From positions 40,232 through 104,231 of the forward strand of contig JBBSEJ010000001.1 in NCBI GenBank assembly GCA_038239825.1: a stretch of 64,000 bases of DNA. Direction: 5' to 3'. Each line of letters opens with the position of its first letter. Position 1 is the stretch's first letter. Below, piece after piece: positions 16,958 to 24,779 of this stretch. The notes beneath the pieces are model-generated. The model had not been told where the DNA came from, ran no database searches, and worked only from the letters and a program-made list of their open reading frames with translations. Position numbers and translations under genes: made by a program. The stretch is from Gaiellales bacterium (GTDB lineage: Bacteria; Actinomycetota; Thermoleophilia; Gaiellales; Gaiellaceae).

Positions 16958-19056
16958 CGGCTGTAGTCGATCGCGAAGAAGTGCGCACCGAGGCGGCGAG
17001 TGTCCTTGCTCCCGGGCTGCACGCGAGCTGGGACGCGCAGCTGCCGCATGGTGAACGTGACGTTGCACGCACCGGTCGCATCGGCCCGCAGCGGCACACG
17101 GAAGGTCGGCTGGTCGGCCGGCTGCACGCGAATCTTCCCCACCACGTGCCCGGCGGTGGACGCGGTGACGAGCTGCGGGGACGAGAAGAGGTGCTCGTCG
17201 GTTCCCAGACGTACGGCCAGATGGCCGCCGGCGCAGCGCAACCGCCGGTAGGTGACCCGGCGGCCTGCCCAGGTGTCGTTCGCGTAGATCCCCCTGATGC
17301 GCGTGAGGACGACGAGCGGACCGTTCACCCGGTAGAGCACGAGCCCGATGCCGGGGTCGCGCGCGATCGGCGTGCCCGCGATGTCGGTGTACGAGACTGC
17401 ATAGCCCACGCGCGGCGTTCGCGCGGTGGTGGCGAGGGTGCCGCCGGGGAGCTCGCGCACCGGTGTCTCCGGCAGTCCGCCGTCGGCCGCGTCCGGGCCG
17501 TCGACCGTGTAGACGTCAGTGACGCTCCTGTTGAAGAACTCGTCGTTCCAGAGCGGTCTCGTCTCGCCCGTGTAGTGCCAGACGAATGCGACGCTCGCGT
17601 CGCGGCCGACCGCGCGATCGATCCAGTCGGGATGCGCCACGCGGATCCCGGCCCAGAGGCTTCCGACGGCTGTCCGGTGGATGCCGTGGCGCCCGTTCTC
17701 GACGATCAGGCTGGAGCAGACGAAGAAGCCAGCCGCCAGCACGGCGAAGCCCAGCGCGAACCGCGGCGGCACGACGGCGAACGCCGCACCGGCGGCGAGG
17801 CCGATCGCGAGCGCCACCACCCGCAGAGCGCCGAAGTGAATTCCCTGATCTTGGAGCCACCACCACGGCAGGAGTCCGAAGGTGTCGGAGACCGCGGAGG
17901 GGTTGACGAACCTCGCGAACGGCACGGCGACCGGCAGGGCCCCGGCGACGAGCGCTGCAGCGAGCACAGGTCGCCGACCGCGAGGGATGACGCTCCTCTC
18001 TCCGAGGCCGACGAGCGCGACGAGCAGGAGCGGCACGAGATAGAAGTCGTTGCGCTCCTCGATCCGAGCGGACTCCGTCGAGGCGAACGCCGCAACCTCG
18101 GCGAGGAAAAAGACGACGACCGGCAGTGTCGCCGCGGCATACGCGCGCGAAGCGGGGCTCGCGCTGCGCGGTGCGAGCCAGAGGACGAGCAGTGCCGCGA
18201 GTGGCACGATCCCGACGTAGAGGTCGAGCTCGGCCAGGTGCCACAGGAGGTAGTGCAGGACGCCGCTCGCGGTATAGCCACTGTGCGCCGCCGCACGATA
18301 GGCGCCGAGCAGCGCGAGCGGTGAGCGGCCGCGCGCAGCCGTCGCAAGCAGCGCGAGCACCGCAGCGCCGCCGACGATGCCGTAGAGCGTGGTGAATCGA
18401 CGCAGCCGGCATCTGAGATCGCGCTCGACGAGCCCGTGGAGGACCGGGGCGGTGAGCACTGCCGGCACGAACGCGATTGCCTGTGCGCGCGTCGCGAAAC
18501 CGAGCCCGCAGAGCGCCAGCAGGAGCAACTGCCGGAGAGCCGTCGGACGTTCGAGCGTCATGACCAGCACGAGCATCGTCAGCAGGAACAGTGGGTAGAA
18601 CGCGTTCTCCGTCATCAGCATCCCGGTGTAGAGGAGCGACGGGATCGCGAGCGAGAGCGCCGCGGCGACGAGCGCCGGCACGGGTGCGACGAGCCGGCGC
18701 GCGAGCAGGTAGGCGGGGACGGCCGCGAGCGACATCACGACCGCGTTGATGTCCTTCGCGACGGCGTACGCGCGGGGCACCGAGCCGAAGAGCCGGAATG
18801 CCGGCGCGATCAGCGCGGGATAGACGAACCCGTAGCCGTTGCTCGGGACCCCGCGGACGAGGAAGTGCCCGTGGGCGGCGAACGACTTCGCGAGCTCCGA
18901 GTAGACGAGCTCGTCGACCATGATCCACGGCGTCACCACGCGGTGGGCGAGCGCGATCCGCACCCCCGACGAGACGACCACGATCGCCCCGACAACGGCC
19001 CAAGCAGGCACCGAGATCGCACGACCCCGCCGGACGGGCACCACGCTCACCGCCAC
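16954..19056 (-). CDS. Polytopic membrane protein, GT-C-fold-like glycosyltransferase candidate (paralogue of 10499-12634)
   Basis: 700 aa with GTG start. First-loop IMVDELVYSELAKSF motif, VMSLAAVPAYLLARRL shared with the paralogue, >10 TM helices and a ~270-aa soluble C-terminal domain. Confidence 0.78.
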   Translation of the reverse strand: MAVSVVPVRRGRAISVPAWAVVGAIVVVSSGVRIALAHRVVTPWIMVDELVYSELAKSFAAHGHFLVRGVPSNGYGFVYPALIAPAFRLFGSVPRAYAVAKDINAVVMSLAAVPAYLLARRLVAPVPALVAAALSLAIPSLLYTGMLMTENAFYPLFLLTMLVLVMTLERPTALRQLLLLALCGLGFATRAQAIAFVPAVLTAPVLHGLVERDLRCRLRRFTTLYGIVGGAAVLALLATAARGRSPLALLGAYRAAAHSGYTASGVLHYLLWHLAELDLYVGIVPLAALLVLWLAPRSASPASRAYAAATLPVVVFFLAEVAAFASTESARIEERNDFYLVPLLLVALVGLGERSVIPRGRRPVLAAALVAGALPVAVPFARFVNPSAVSDTFGLLPWWWLQDQGIHFGALRVVALAIGLAAGAAFAVVPPRFALGFAVLAAGFFVCSSLIVENGRHGIHRTAVGSLWAGIRVAHPDWIDRAVGRDASVAFVWHYTGETRPLWNDEFFNRSVTDVYTVDGPDAADGGLPETPVRELPGGTLATTARTPRVGYAVSYTDIAGTPIARDPGIGLVLYRVNGPLVVLTRIRGIYANDTWAGRRVTYRRLRCAGGHLAVRLGTDEHLFSSPQLVTASTAGHVVGKIRVQPADQPTFRVPLRADATGACNVTFTMRQLRVPARVQPGSKDTRRLGAHFFAIDYSR

Positions 19057-19070
19057 GGGCGCCCCGGCGC

Positions 19071-19323
19071 ACGTCCGGTGTCAGCCACGCGCACGGAAGC
19101 GCGACGAACGTTCCACAAGATCGACGGCCGCTTCCCACTCCGTCGGCGGCAGCCGTGCGCACGAAAGCGTGACGTGATCGGAGAAGTCCCTGCTCGAGAG
19201 GCGGATTCCACGTGGCAGCCGTGCGAACAGAAGTGCCGCAGGCGTTCCACAGGGTCAGGCGTCGGGCCGGGGTCATGTCCGGCTTCAGCCACGCGCACGG
19301 AAGACCCACGGACGTTCCACAGG
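19071..19323. repeat. Tandem array of 4 copies (period 66-70 bp) of a ~49-nt intergenic repeat
   Basis: Copy A is 19071-19119 and copy D is 19275-19323; they share 41/49 positions. Copies B (~19146-19180) and C (~19209-19253) are degenerate. The shared CAGCC core sits at 19082, 19150, 19216 and 19286. The array fills the 268-bp gap between two minus-strand genes. Confidence 0.8.
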
Positions 19324-19324
19324 C

Positions 19325-20575
19325 TCACGAGACGATGCCCGCTTCGGCGGCTGCCCGGGCCCGGGCCCGCGCGTCGGTGATGCCGGCGGCGGCGGCGGCT
19401 TCGGCGACGCGCCAGAGCACGGCGTCGTTGACCGCGTCGCCGCCGGCGGCCTCTTCGAGCGCCGCGGCGTATGCGTCGGCGACGGCCGGCAACTGATGCT
19501 CACGCTCGACGTACGCGCGCGCCGCCGCGCCCAACGTCGCGCCATGGTCGGCGGCGATGCCGAGCGCTACCTGGATCACGCGTACCTCCTGCTCGTCGAC
19601 AGGCACCTTGAGCACCGCATCGTCGGGGAGCTCGCTGAACCAACCGACATCCGAGACGAGGAGTGGCTTGCCGAGCGCCAAGGCGCGGATCACGGAGCCC
19701 GACGTCTCCCCCATCGTCGGGTACCGCAAGCTCACGAGCACGTCGCACGCAGCCATCAGCGACCACAGCCGCCCCTCGGGAACGTAGTCCAGCCGCTCGA
19801 CGCCGTCGGTGAGCCCGAGACGCTCGAGCCGTCGGTCGACGTCGAACCGCTCACCCGCCGCGCCGACGAGCAGCAGCCTCGCTTCCGGCCGGTCACGACG
19901 GAAGGCCGCGAACGCCTCGAGAAGCTGCGGGATCCGCTTGTTCATGTTCAGGAAGCCGAAGCAGCCGATCAGTGGCCCTTCGATCAGTGGCTTTCCAACG
20001 AGTGGCTCCCCGGCGACTTCGAGCGCGGGCGCTACCTCGACCGGCGGCCAGGCCGGGTGCGGGATCTGCCAGAGCCGACCCGAATATCCCGCACCCCGCG
20101 CACGCCCGGCGACGTAGTGGGAATGCACGATCAGCCCATCGGCTCGATCGAGGACGACACCCGAGAGCGGGAATCGCTCGGGTTGCGTCTCCCAGAGGAG
20201 CGGCAGCAGGTTGTCGAGCACCCCAAGCCCGAGCAGGCGCCCGGCGACCCCGAGCTCACGTTCCATCGCCTCCAGATAGGCGCGCCCGTTGCCGCGACCG
20301 ATCGTCGTGCCGGCGATCAGGTGGTGCAGCACGTATTCGTGGAGCACGACGACGCCGCGCCGTTTGCGTAGCGCGTCGAGGATCCAGCCGTGCGCATCCG
20401 GGTCGTTGCCGATGTGGTAGAGCGCGACGTCGGCCTCCGGAGCGCGCCGGCCCGACTCGGCCACTACCAGCTCGACTCGTCGGCGCAACGCAGGCAGCAG
20501 CAGCGCCGAGTAATCCGCGATGCCCGACCGAGACGGAGGCATCGGTGAGTAGTAGGCGACTCTCACGCCCGTCAC
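19325..20575 (-). CDS. GT4-like (GT-B fold) glycosyltransferase
   Basis: The track ORF is trimmed to GTG at 20575 (GTGA overlap with the upstream stop; GTG at 20566 is an alternative). VRVAYYSPMPPSRSGIADY N-terminus. RYPTMGETSGSVIRALALGKPLLV. Confidence 0.82.
   Translation of the reverse strand: MTGVRVAYYSPMPPSRSGIADYSALLLPALRRRVELVVAESGRRAPEADVALYHIGNDPDAHGWILDALRKRRGVVVLHEYVLHHLIAGTTIGRGNGRAYLEAMERELGVAGRLLGLGVLDNLLPLLWETQPERFPLSGVVLDRADGLIVHSHYVAGRARGAGYSGRLWQIPHPAWPPVEVAPALEVAGEPLVGKPLIEGPLIGCFGFLNMNKRIPQLLEAFAAFRRDRPEARLLLVGAAGERFDVDRRLERLGLTDGVERLDYVPEGRLWSLMAACDVLVSLRYPTMGETSGSVIRALALGKPLLVSDVGWFSELPDDAVLKVPVDEQEVRVIQVALGIAADHGATLGAAARAYVEREHQLPAVADAYAAALEEAAGGDAVNDAVLWRVAEAAAAAGITDARARARAAAEAGIVS
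19967..20011 (-). repeat. In-frame 15-nt x3 imperfect tandem repeat inside the GT4 gene (encodes GEPLV-GKPLI-EGPLI)
   Basis: Units are gatcagtggcccttc, gatcagtggctttcc and aacgagtggctcccc. Units 1 and 2 share 12/15 positions; units 1 and 3 share 9/15. Confidence 0.7.
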
Positions 20576-21591
20576 GCGAGAAGTGCGTCGACGCAGGCAT
20601 CCCACGTGACACGTTCGGCAACAACCCTGCCGGCGACGCCCCACGCACGCGCCTCGTCGAGATGCGCGCCGAGGTACGCCGCTCCACGCGCGAGCTCCGA
20701 CGGCTCGGGCGCGACGACGAGGCCCGTTCGACGGTCGTGGACGACCTCGAGAGGGCCGCCGGCGTCCGTGGTCGTCAGGACGGGCTTCGAGGAGAGGAAC
20801 GCTTCGTAGGGCACCATGCCGAAGTCCTCGTCGAGCGGCGCGTAATAGACAGCGAGACAGCGGGCATACAGGTCGGCGAGCCGCTCGTCATCGACACGTC
20901 CGGCGAACTCGACCTGTCCGTTCAACCCTGCGGCGAGGCGCTCGAGGCGCTCGCGGTCCGGCCCCTCACCCACGACGACGATGCGGAGGCTGGGCTCGGC
21001 CTTCGCGGCTTCGATCAGCAGGTCGATGCGCTTCGCGCGATCGAGGCGATTCACCGAGAGAACGAACCCCTCGGGCGCGGCAGTGCGATAGGCGAGCGTC
21101 TGAGGCGGGTGCGGCAGAAGCTCCGCCTCGATGCGGTTGAAGCGCCGCAGGCGCTCGGCGACGTTTCGCGACGTCGCGAAGACTCGCCGCGCCTCGCCGA
21201 GCGCAACCGAGTCCAGCCGCTCGACCGCTCGTCGCGTCGCGCGATCCTCCGGCGACTCGGAGAACTGACCGAGCTCGGTGCGGTCGTAGTCGTAGGCCTG
21301 GCGAAACTGATGGAGGACCCAGGCGACCTTGTCGGGATGCCGCACGCAGTACGCGGGGAACTTCGTCGCGATCACCCGATCGATCGGGCGTCCGTCCGAC
21401 TCCGTCAGGTCGACGAGCCGCCAGAGAAACGCGTGGTCGAGCACGCGCGAGCCGGGATACCACTTGAACGGGATCGTCACGAGCTCGGCCTCGTGACCGC
21501 GACGGCGCAACGCATCAACGAGGCTCTCGGCCATCAGCTCCGCGCCGCCCCGTACGAAGGGCACCTGCGGCGCGCACACGGCGACCCTCAT
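20572..21591 (-). CDS. GT4 family glycosyltransferase
   Basis: 339 aa. MRVAVCAPQVPFVRGGAE N-terminus and PLDEDFGMVPYEAFLSSKPVL motif. ATGA overlap with the upstream small ORF. Confidence 0.88.
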   Translation of the reverse strand: MRVAVCAPQVPFVRGGAELMAESLVDALRRRGHEAELVTIPFKWYPGSRVLDHAFLWRLVDLTESDGRPIDRVIATKFPAYCVRHPDKVAWVLHQFRQAYDYDRTELGQFSESPEDRATRRAVERLDSVALGEARRVFATSRNVAERLRRFNRIEAELLPHPPQTLAYRTAAPEGFVLSVNRLDRAKRIDLLIEAAKAEPSLRIVVVGEGPDRERLERLAAGLNGQVEFAGRVDDERLADLYARCLAVYYAPLDEDFGMVPYEAFLSSKPVLTTTDAGGPLEVVHDRRTGLVVAPEPSELARGAAYLGAHLDEARAWGVAGRVVAERVTWDACVDALLA

Positions 21592-21908
21592 TTCGTCTCG
21601 AGGCGCTGGAGCCGCTCGTCGAGATCGTCGATCAGCTTCAGGAGCGCGTCGTTGTAGGCCCGCTGGTCTGCGAGGGCCGGCTCGACGTACCAGCGCATGA
21701 AGCGACGCAGAAACGCCTTTAGCGGACCGCCCTTGCCGACGATCGGACGCTCGGCGGAGACGGGCCAGAGGCGCTCGGCCTGGTCGCGGACGGAAAGCCG
21801 CACCTGGGCGGGCGGCACGCGGGGCCCGCGCGGGCCCGCGCCGCGCAGCTCCTCCTTCAGGCGCGCGAAGAGGGCGGCGACGTCGGTCGTCTCCTCACCC
21901 TCAGGCAT
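21588..21908 (-). CDS. hypothetical small coiled-coil protein (106 aa), first gene of the minus-strand GT run
   Basis: ATG start; its stop overlaps the next start (ATGA). The segment PIVGKGGPLKAFLRRFMRWYVEPALADQRAYNDALLKLIDDLDERL resembles, from memory, a leader module at the N-termini of some O-antigen/EPS methyltransferase and GT proteins. Confidence 0.6.
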   Translation of the reverse strand: MPEGEETTDVAALFARLKEELRGAGPRGPRVPPAQVRLSVRDQAERLWPVSAERPIVGKGGPLKAFLRRFMRWYVEPALADQRAYNDALLKLIDDLDERLQRLETK

Positions 21909-22155
21909 GCGCGGGAGTGTAAAGACCGCGCATTACGGCTCTGTAAGCTGCCCCACCGCCACGGCGACCGAACGCGAGCCTTCGAGAGGGCGCCGTGCCT
22001 CCGCACGCAACCGCCCGGCGAGACGGCCAACGGCACGCTGCGCGTCGAGGGCAGCTTGAACGAGCGACATCGATGCAAGCACCGAGAGCGACGACGTGAC
22101 CGTCGCGAGGCACACCTCGATGAGAGCGCGCACGCGGCCAGACTACGATCGTTCG

Positions 22156-23205
22156 ATGGTCGGAATCTCGCTCCTCACGCTCGTGCCCGGTGTGCTCGGC
22201 GGCAGCGAGACCTACGTCCGGGAGCTGCTGCGGGCGTTCGACCGCGTCGGCGAGCTCGACTACCGCGTGCTGCTGCCGCCCTCTGCACCCGGCGCCGGTG
22301 AGGGGTTGCCGTCCGAGATCGCCTCCGAGTACCGGCTCGCGCGAACGGTTCCCGAGCGCCTCGCGGCGATGGCGGCCGCCGCCTCGCGGCCGGGCAGCCT
22401 CCGCGCCCGGCTTGCCGACGCAGACGTCGTGCACTACCCGCTGACCATTCGCCTGCCGACGGTCGAGCGCCCGAGCGTCGTCACGCTGCACGACCTGCAG
22501 CACCTCGACCTCCCGTCGATGTTCCCGCGCAGCGAGCGCGCGTTCCGGCGCCTGGCCTGGCACCGCTCTGTGCGCGGTGCTGACCGCGTGATCGTGATCA
22601 GCGACCACGTGCGACGCCGCACCGCTGAGCACCTCGGTCTCGACGCCGACCGGATCCGCGTCGTGCCACTCGGCCTCGACCACCTGCTGATGCAGCCCGG
22701 CCGCCTCCAGCGGGAGCCGTTCCTCCTCTATCCGGCCCGCCGCTGGCCCCACAAGAACCACGCGCGTCTCTTCGCTGCGTTCGCACTCATCCGCAGGAGA
22801 CGGCCCGAACTGCGGCTCGTGCTGACCGGTGGCGGTGCTGACACCCCGCTGCCCGAAGGAGTCGAGGCACGGGGCCACGTGAGCGAGGACGAGCTCGTCG
22901 CGCTGCTGCAACGCGCGTCGGCGCTCGTCTTCCCGTCGCTCTACGAAGGCTTCGGGCTGCCGCCGCTCGAGGCCATGGCCTGCGGCTGCCCCGTGGCGTG
23001 CTCGAATGCGGCTGCGCTGCCGGAGACGGTCGACGGTGCGGCTCGCCTCTTCGACCCGCACGACCCGCGGGCGATCGCCGAGGCCGTGCTGGAGGTGCTC
23101 GACGACCCCGAAACGTGGGCCGGGCGGGGCATCGCACGCGCTGCGCAGTTCTCTTGGGAAGCGACCGCCCGCGCGACCGAAGCGGTCTATCGCGAGCTTC
23201 TCTGA
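22156..23205 (+). CDS. GT4 family glycosyltransferase
   Basis: The track ORF 22096-23205 is trimmed to Met21 (MVGISLLTLVPGVLGGSETY). SLYEGFGLPPLEAMACGCPV. Confidence 0.85.
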   Translation: MVGISLLTLVPGVLGGSETYVRELLRAFDRVGELDYRVLLPPSAPGAGEGLPSEIASEYRLARTVPERLAAMAAAASRPGSLRARLADADVVHYPLTIRLPTVERPSVVTLHDLQHLDLPSMFPRSERAFRRLAWHRSVRGADRVIVISDHVRRRTAEHLGLDADRIRVVPLGLDHLLMQPGRLQREPFLLYPARRWPHKNHARLFAAFALIRRRRPELRLVLTGGGADTPLPEGVEARGHVSEDELVALLQRASALVFPSLYEGFGLPPLEAMACGCPVACSNAAALPETVDGAARLFDPHDPRAIAEAVLEVLDDPETWAGRGIARAAQFSWEATARATEAVYRELL

Positions 23206-24053
23206 CCCAGCCGTCCGGCACGGGCATCGCGCCAGCCTGCGAGCACCGCGCGCGCGGCGTCGAGCGGCGTGGGATGGCGCGCCGACTGCGCGAGGTGCGC
23301 GCTGACGACCACACCGCGGCGAAGCCCACGTGGGCCGCGCGGGAGCGGTGCGTGCCGTTCCGACACCACGATCGTGTTGCGCGTGTCGTAGTAGAGATTG
23401 ACCGTCGAGGCGCGGCCGCCGGATGCGGTCGATCCCCTGTGCCGCACGCGGGCCGCCGGAACGTAGACGACGGCGAAGCCTGCGCGGCGAATGCGCAACG
23501 ACCACTCGACGTCCTCGGCGTACATGAAGAGCGACTCATCGAGCATTCCCGCCTGCTCGAACGCGGCCCGGGAGGCGGCGAGGGCGGCGCCGTCGGCGCG
23601 CCCGACGTCGCGTAGCTCGTCGCGACCATCGGTGTCGACGCGCCCGGAGTACCCGAGACGCGCGTTGAACGACGCGCCCGCATACTGAACCGTTCTGCCG
23701 TCCTCGGAAAGGATCTTGCAGGCAAGCAGGCCGGCGTCGGGCCGTGCACTCGCTGCCTGCTCGAGTGCAGCGGCAAGGCCCGGCTCGGCAGCGGCATCGT
23801 TGTTCAGCAGCAGGACCCAGTCGGCGTCGCGTTCGAGCGCCCGGCGGATACCGACGTTGTTGCCTGCGGCGAATCCCAGGTTCGCACCGGTGCGCAGGAG
23901 CTCGACGTCGGCGAAGCGCTCGGCGACCGTGAGGTCGGAGCCGTCCGTCGACCCGTTGTCGACGCAGATCGTCGGCACCCCGCGGAGCGACTCGAGCGCG
24001 GCACGCGTGTCGGCACCGCCGTTCCAGTTGAGAACGACCGCGACGAGGTTCAC
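23187..24053 (-). CDS. GT2 family glycosyltransferase
   Basis: Trimmed to GTG at 24053 (GTGA overlap). AVVLNWNGGADT, VDNGSTDGS, LGFAAGNN, LLNNDA and FMYAEDVEWSLR motifs. Confidence 0.85.
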   Translation of the reverse strand: MNLVAVVLNWNGGADTRAALESLRGVPTICVDNGSTDGSDLTVAERFADVELLRTGANLGFAAGNNVGIRRALERDADWVLLLNNDAAAEPGLAAALEQAASARPDAGLLACKILSEDGRTVQYAGASFNARLGYSGRVDTDGRDELRDVGRADGAALAASRAAFEQAGMLDESLFMYAEDVEWSLRIRRAGFAVVYVPAARVRHRGSTASGGRASTVNLYYDTRNTIVVSERHAPLPRGPRGLRRGVVVSAHLAQSARHPTPLDAARAVLAGWRDARAGRLGQRSSR

Positions 24054-24769
24054 GCGTGCTTGACGAAATGCGCGATCGAGCCGGCATCGGGCTGCCGCTT
24101 CCAACCGTCGCCGATCTCAGCGATCAGCCGCACCACGCCGGGATAGTGGTTGCCGTAGCCCCCCGTGTCGACAGCGTCGTGAAAGAGCAGGTGACCGCCG
24201 GGCCGGACGAGAGCACCCCAGCGCTCGAAGTCGGATCTCGCACCTTCGTAGGAGTGGTCACCGTCGATGAAGAGCACTTCGATCGGCGTTGGCGGCGGCT
24301 CCGCCGTCCGCGAATCGGCGACCAGCAGATGCACCTTGGACGCGAGCCCGTAGCGGTCGAGCGCGCGGGAGAGCTCTTCGTCCAGACGCTCGCCCGGCAT
24401 GTCGGGCCGGAGCGCGACGTGAACGTCGTACGACCAGAGCTCGACCCCGTCAGGGATCGCCGAGGCAAAGACGAAGGTGCTTCCACCCTTGAACCGCCCG
24501 ATCTCGGCGAGCGGACCAGTCGTCGCGTCTCGGCCGAGCCGGTACAGCAGCGCCGCCTCGTCGATCTGCAATGAGGCGACGCCGTGATTGAGCTGGTTCG
24601 ACGAGAAGAGAAACGCGAGATCCTCGAAGCCACGCACGGCCCCGGGCCAGCGCTCGACGTTCGGGAAGCGCATCGATGCGGGATCCGGCAGCACCGAGGC
24701 GTGGATCAGGTTCTTTCCGGCCGAGGTCCGGCCGAGGTGGCGGACGAGCTCTTTGAGGTGGCCGAGCAC
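24050..24769 (-). CDS. Class I SAM-dependent methyltransferase (Methyltransf_24/CmcI-like)
   Basis: Trimmed to GTG at 24769, 10 nt after the upstream stop. EIGRFKGGST ... VLFIDGDHSYEGARSDFERWGALVRPGGHLLFHD. Confidence 0.78.
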   Translation of the reverse strand: MLGHLKELVRHLGRTSAGKNLIHASVLPDPASMRFPNVERWPGAVRGFEDLAFLFSSNQLNHGVASLQIDEAALLYRLGRDATTGPLAEIGRFKGGSTFVFASAIPDGVELWSYDVHVALRPDMPGERLDEELSRALDRYGLASKVHLLVADSRTAEPPPTPIEVLFIDGDHSYEGARSDFERWGALVRPGGHLLFHDAVDTGGYGNHYPGVVRLIAEIGDGWKRQPDAGSIAHFVKHA

Positions 24770-24779
24770 TGCGAGGACG

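Noticed and set aside
19071-19323. CRISPR array interpretation of the 4-unit repeat
   Set aside because: The units are degenerate: 84% identity between the best pair and much less for the inner two. The inter-unit segments are only ~20 nt. There are just four units, no leader-like AT-rich flank and no cas genes in the window. The pattern fits a dispersed or tandem intergenic repeat, not CRISPR.
19047-19328. 93-aa ORF (and the overlapping 597-aa ORF 17516-19309) with internally repeated peptides (LWNVRGSSVRVAEAG / LWNVRRASVRVADTG)
   Set aside because: The peptide repeats are just the translated DNA repeat. The composition is R/A/G-rich off-frame type and there is no coupled start. The long ORF runs antisense through a well-supported GT-C gene.
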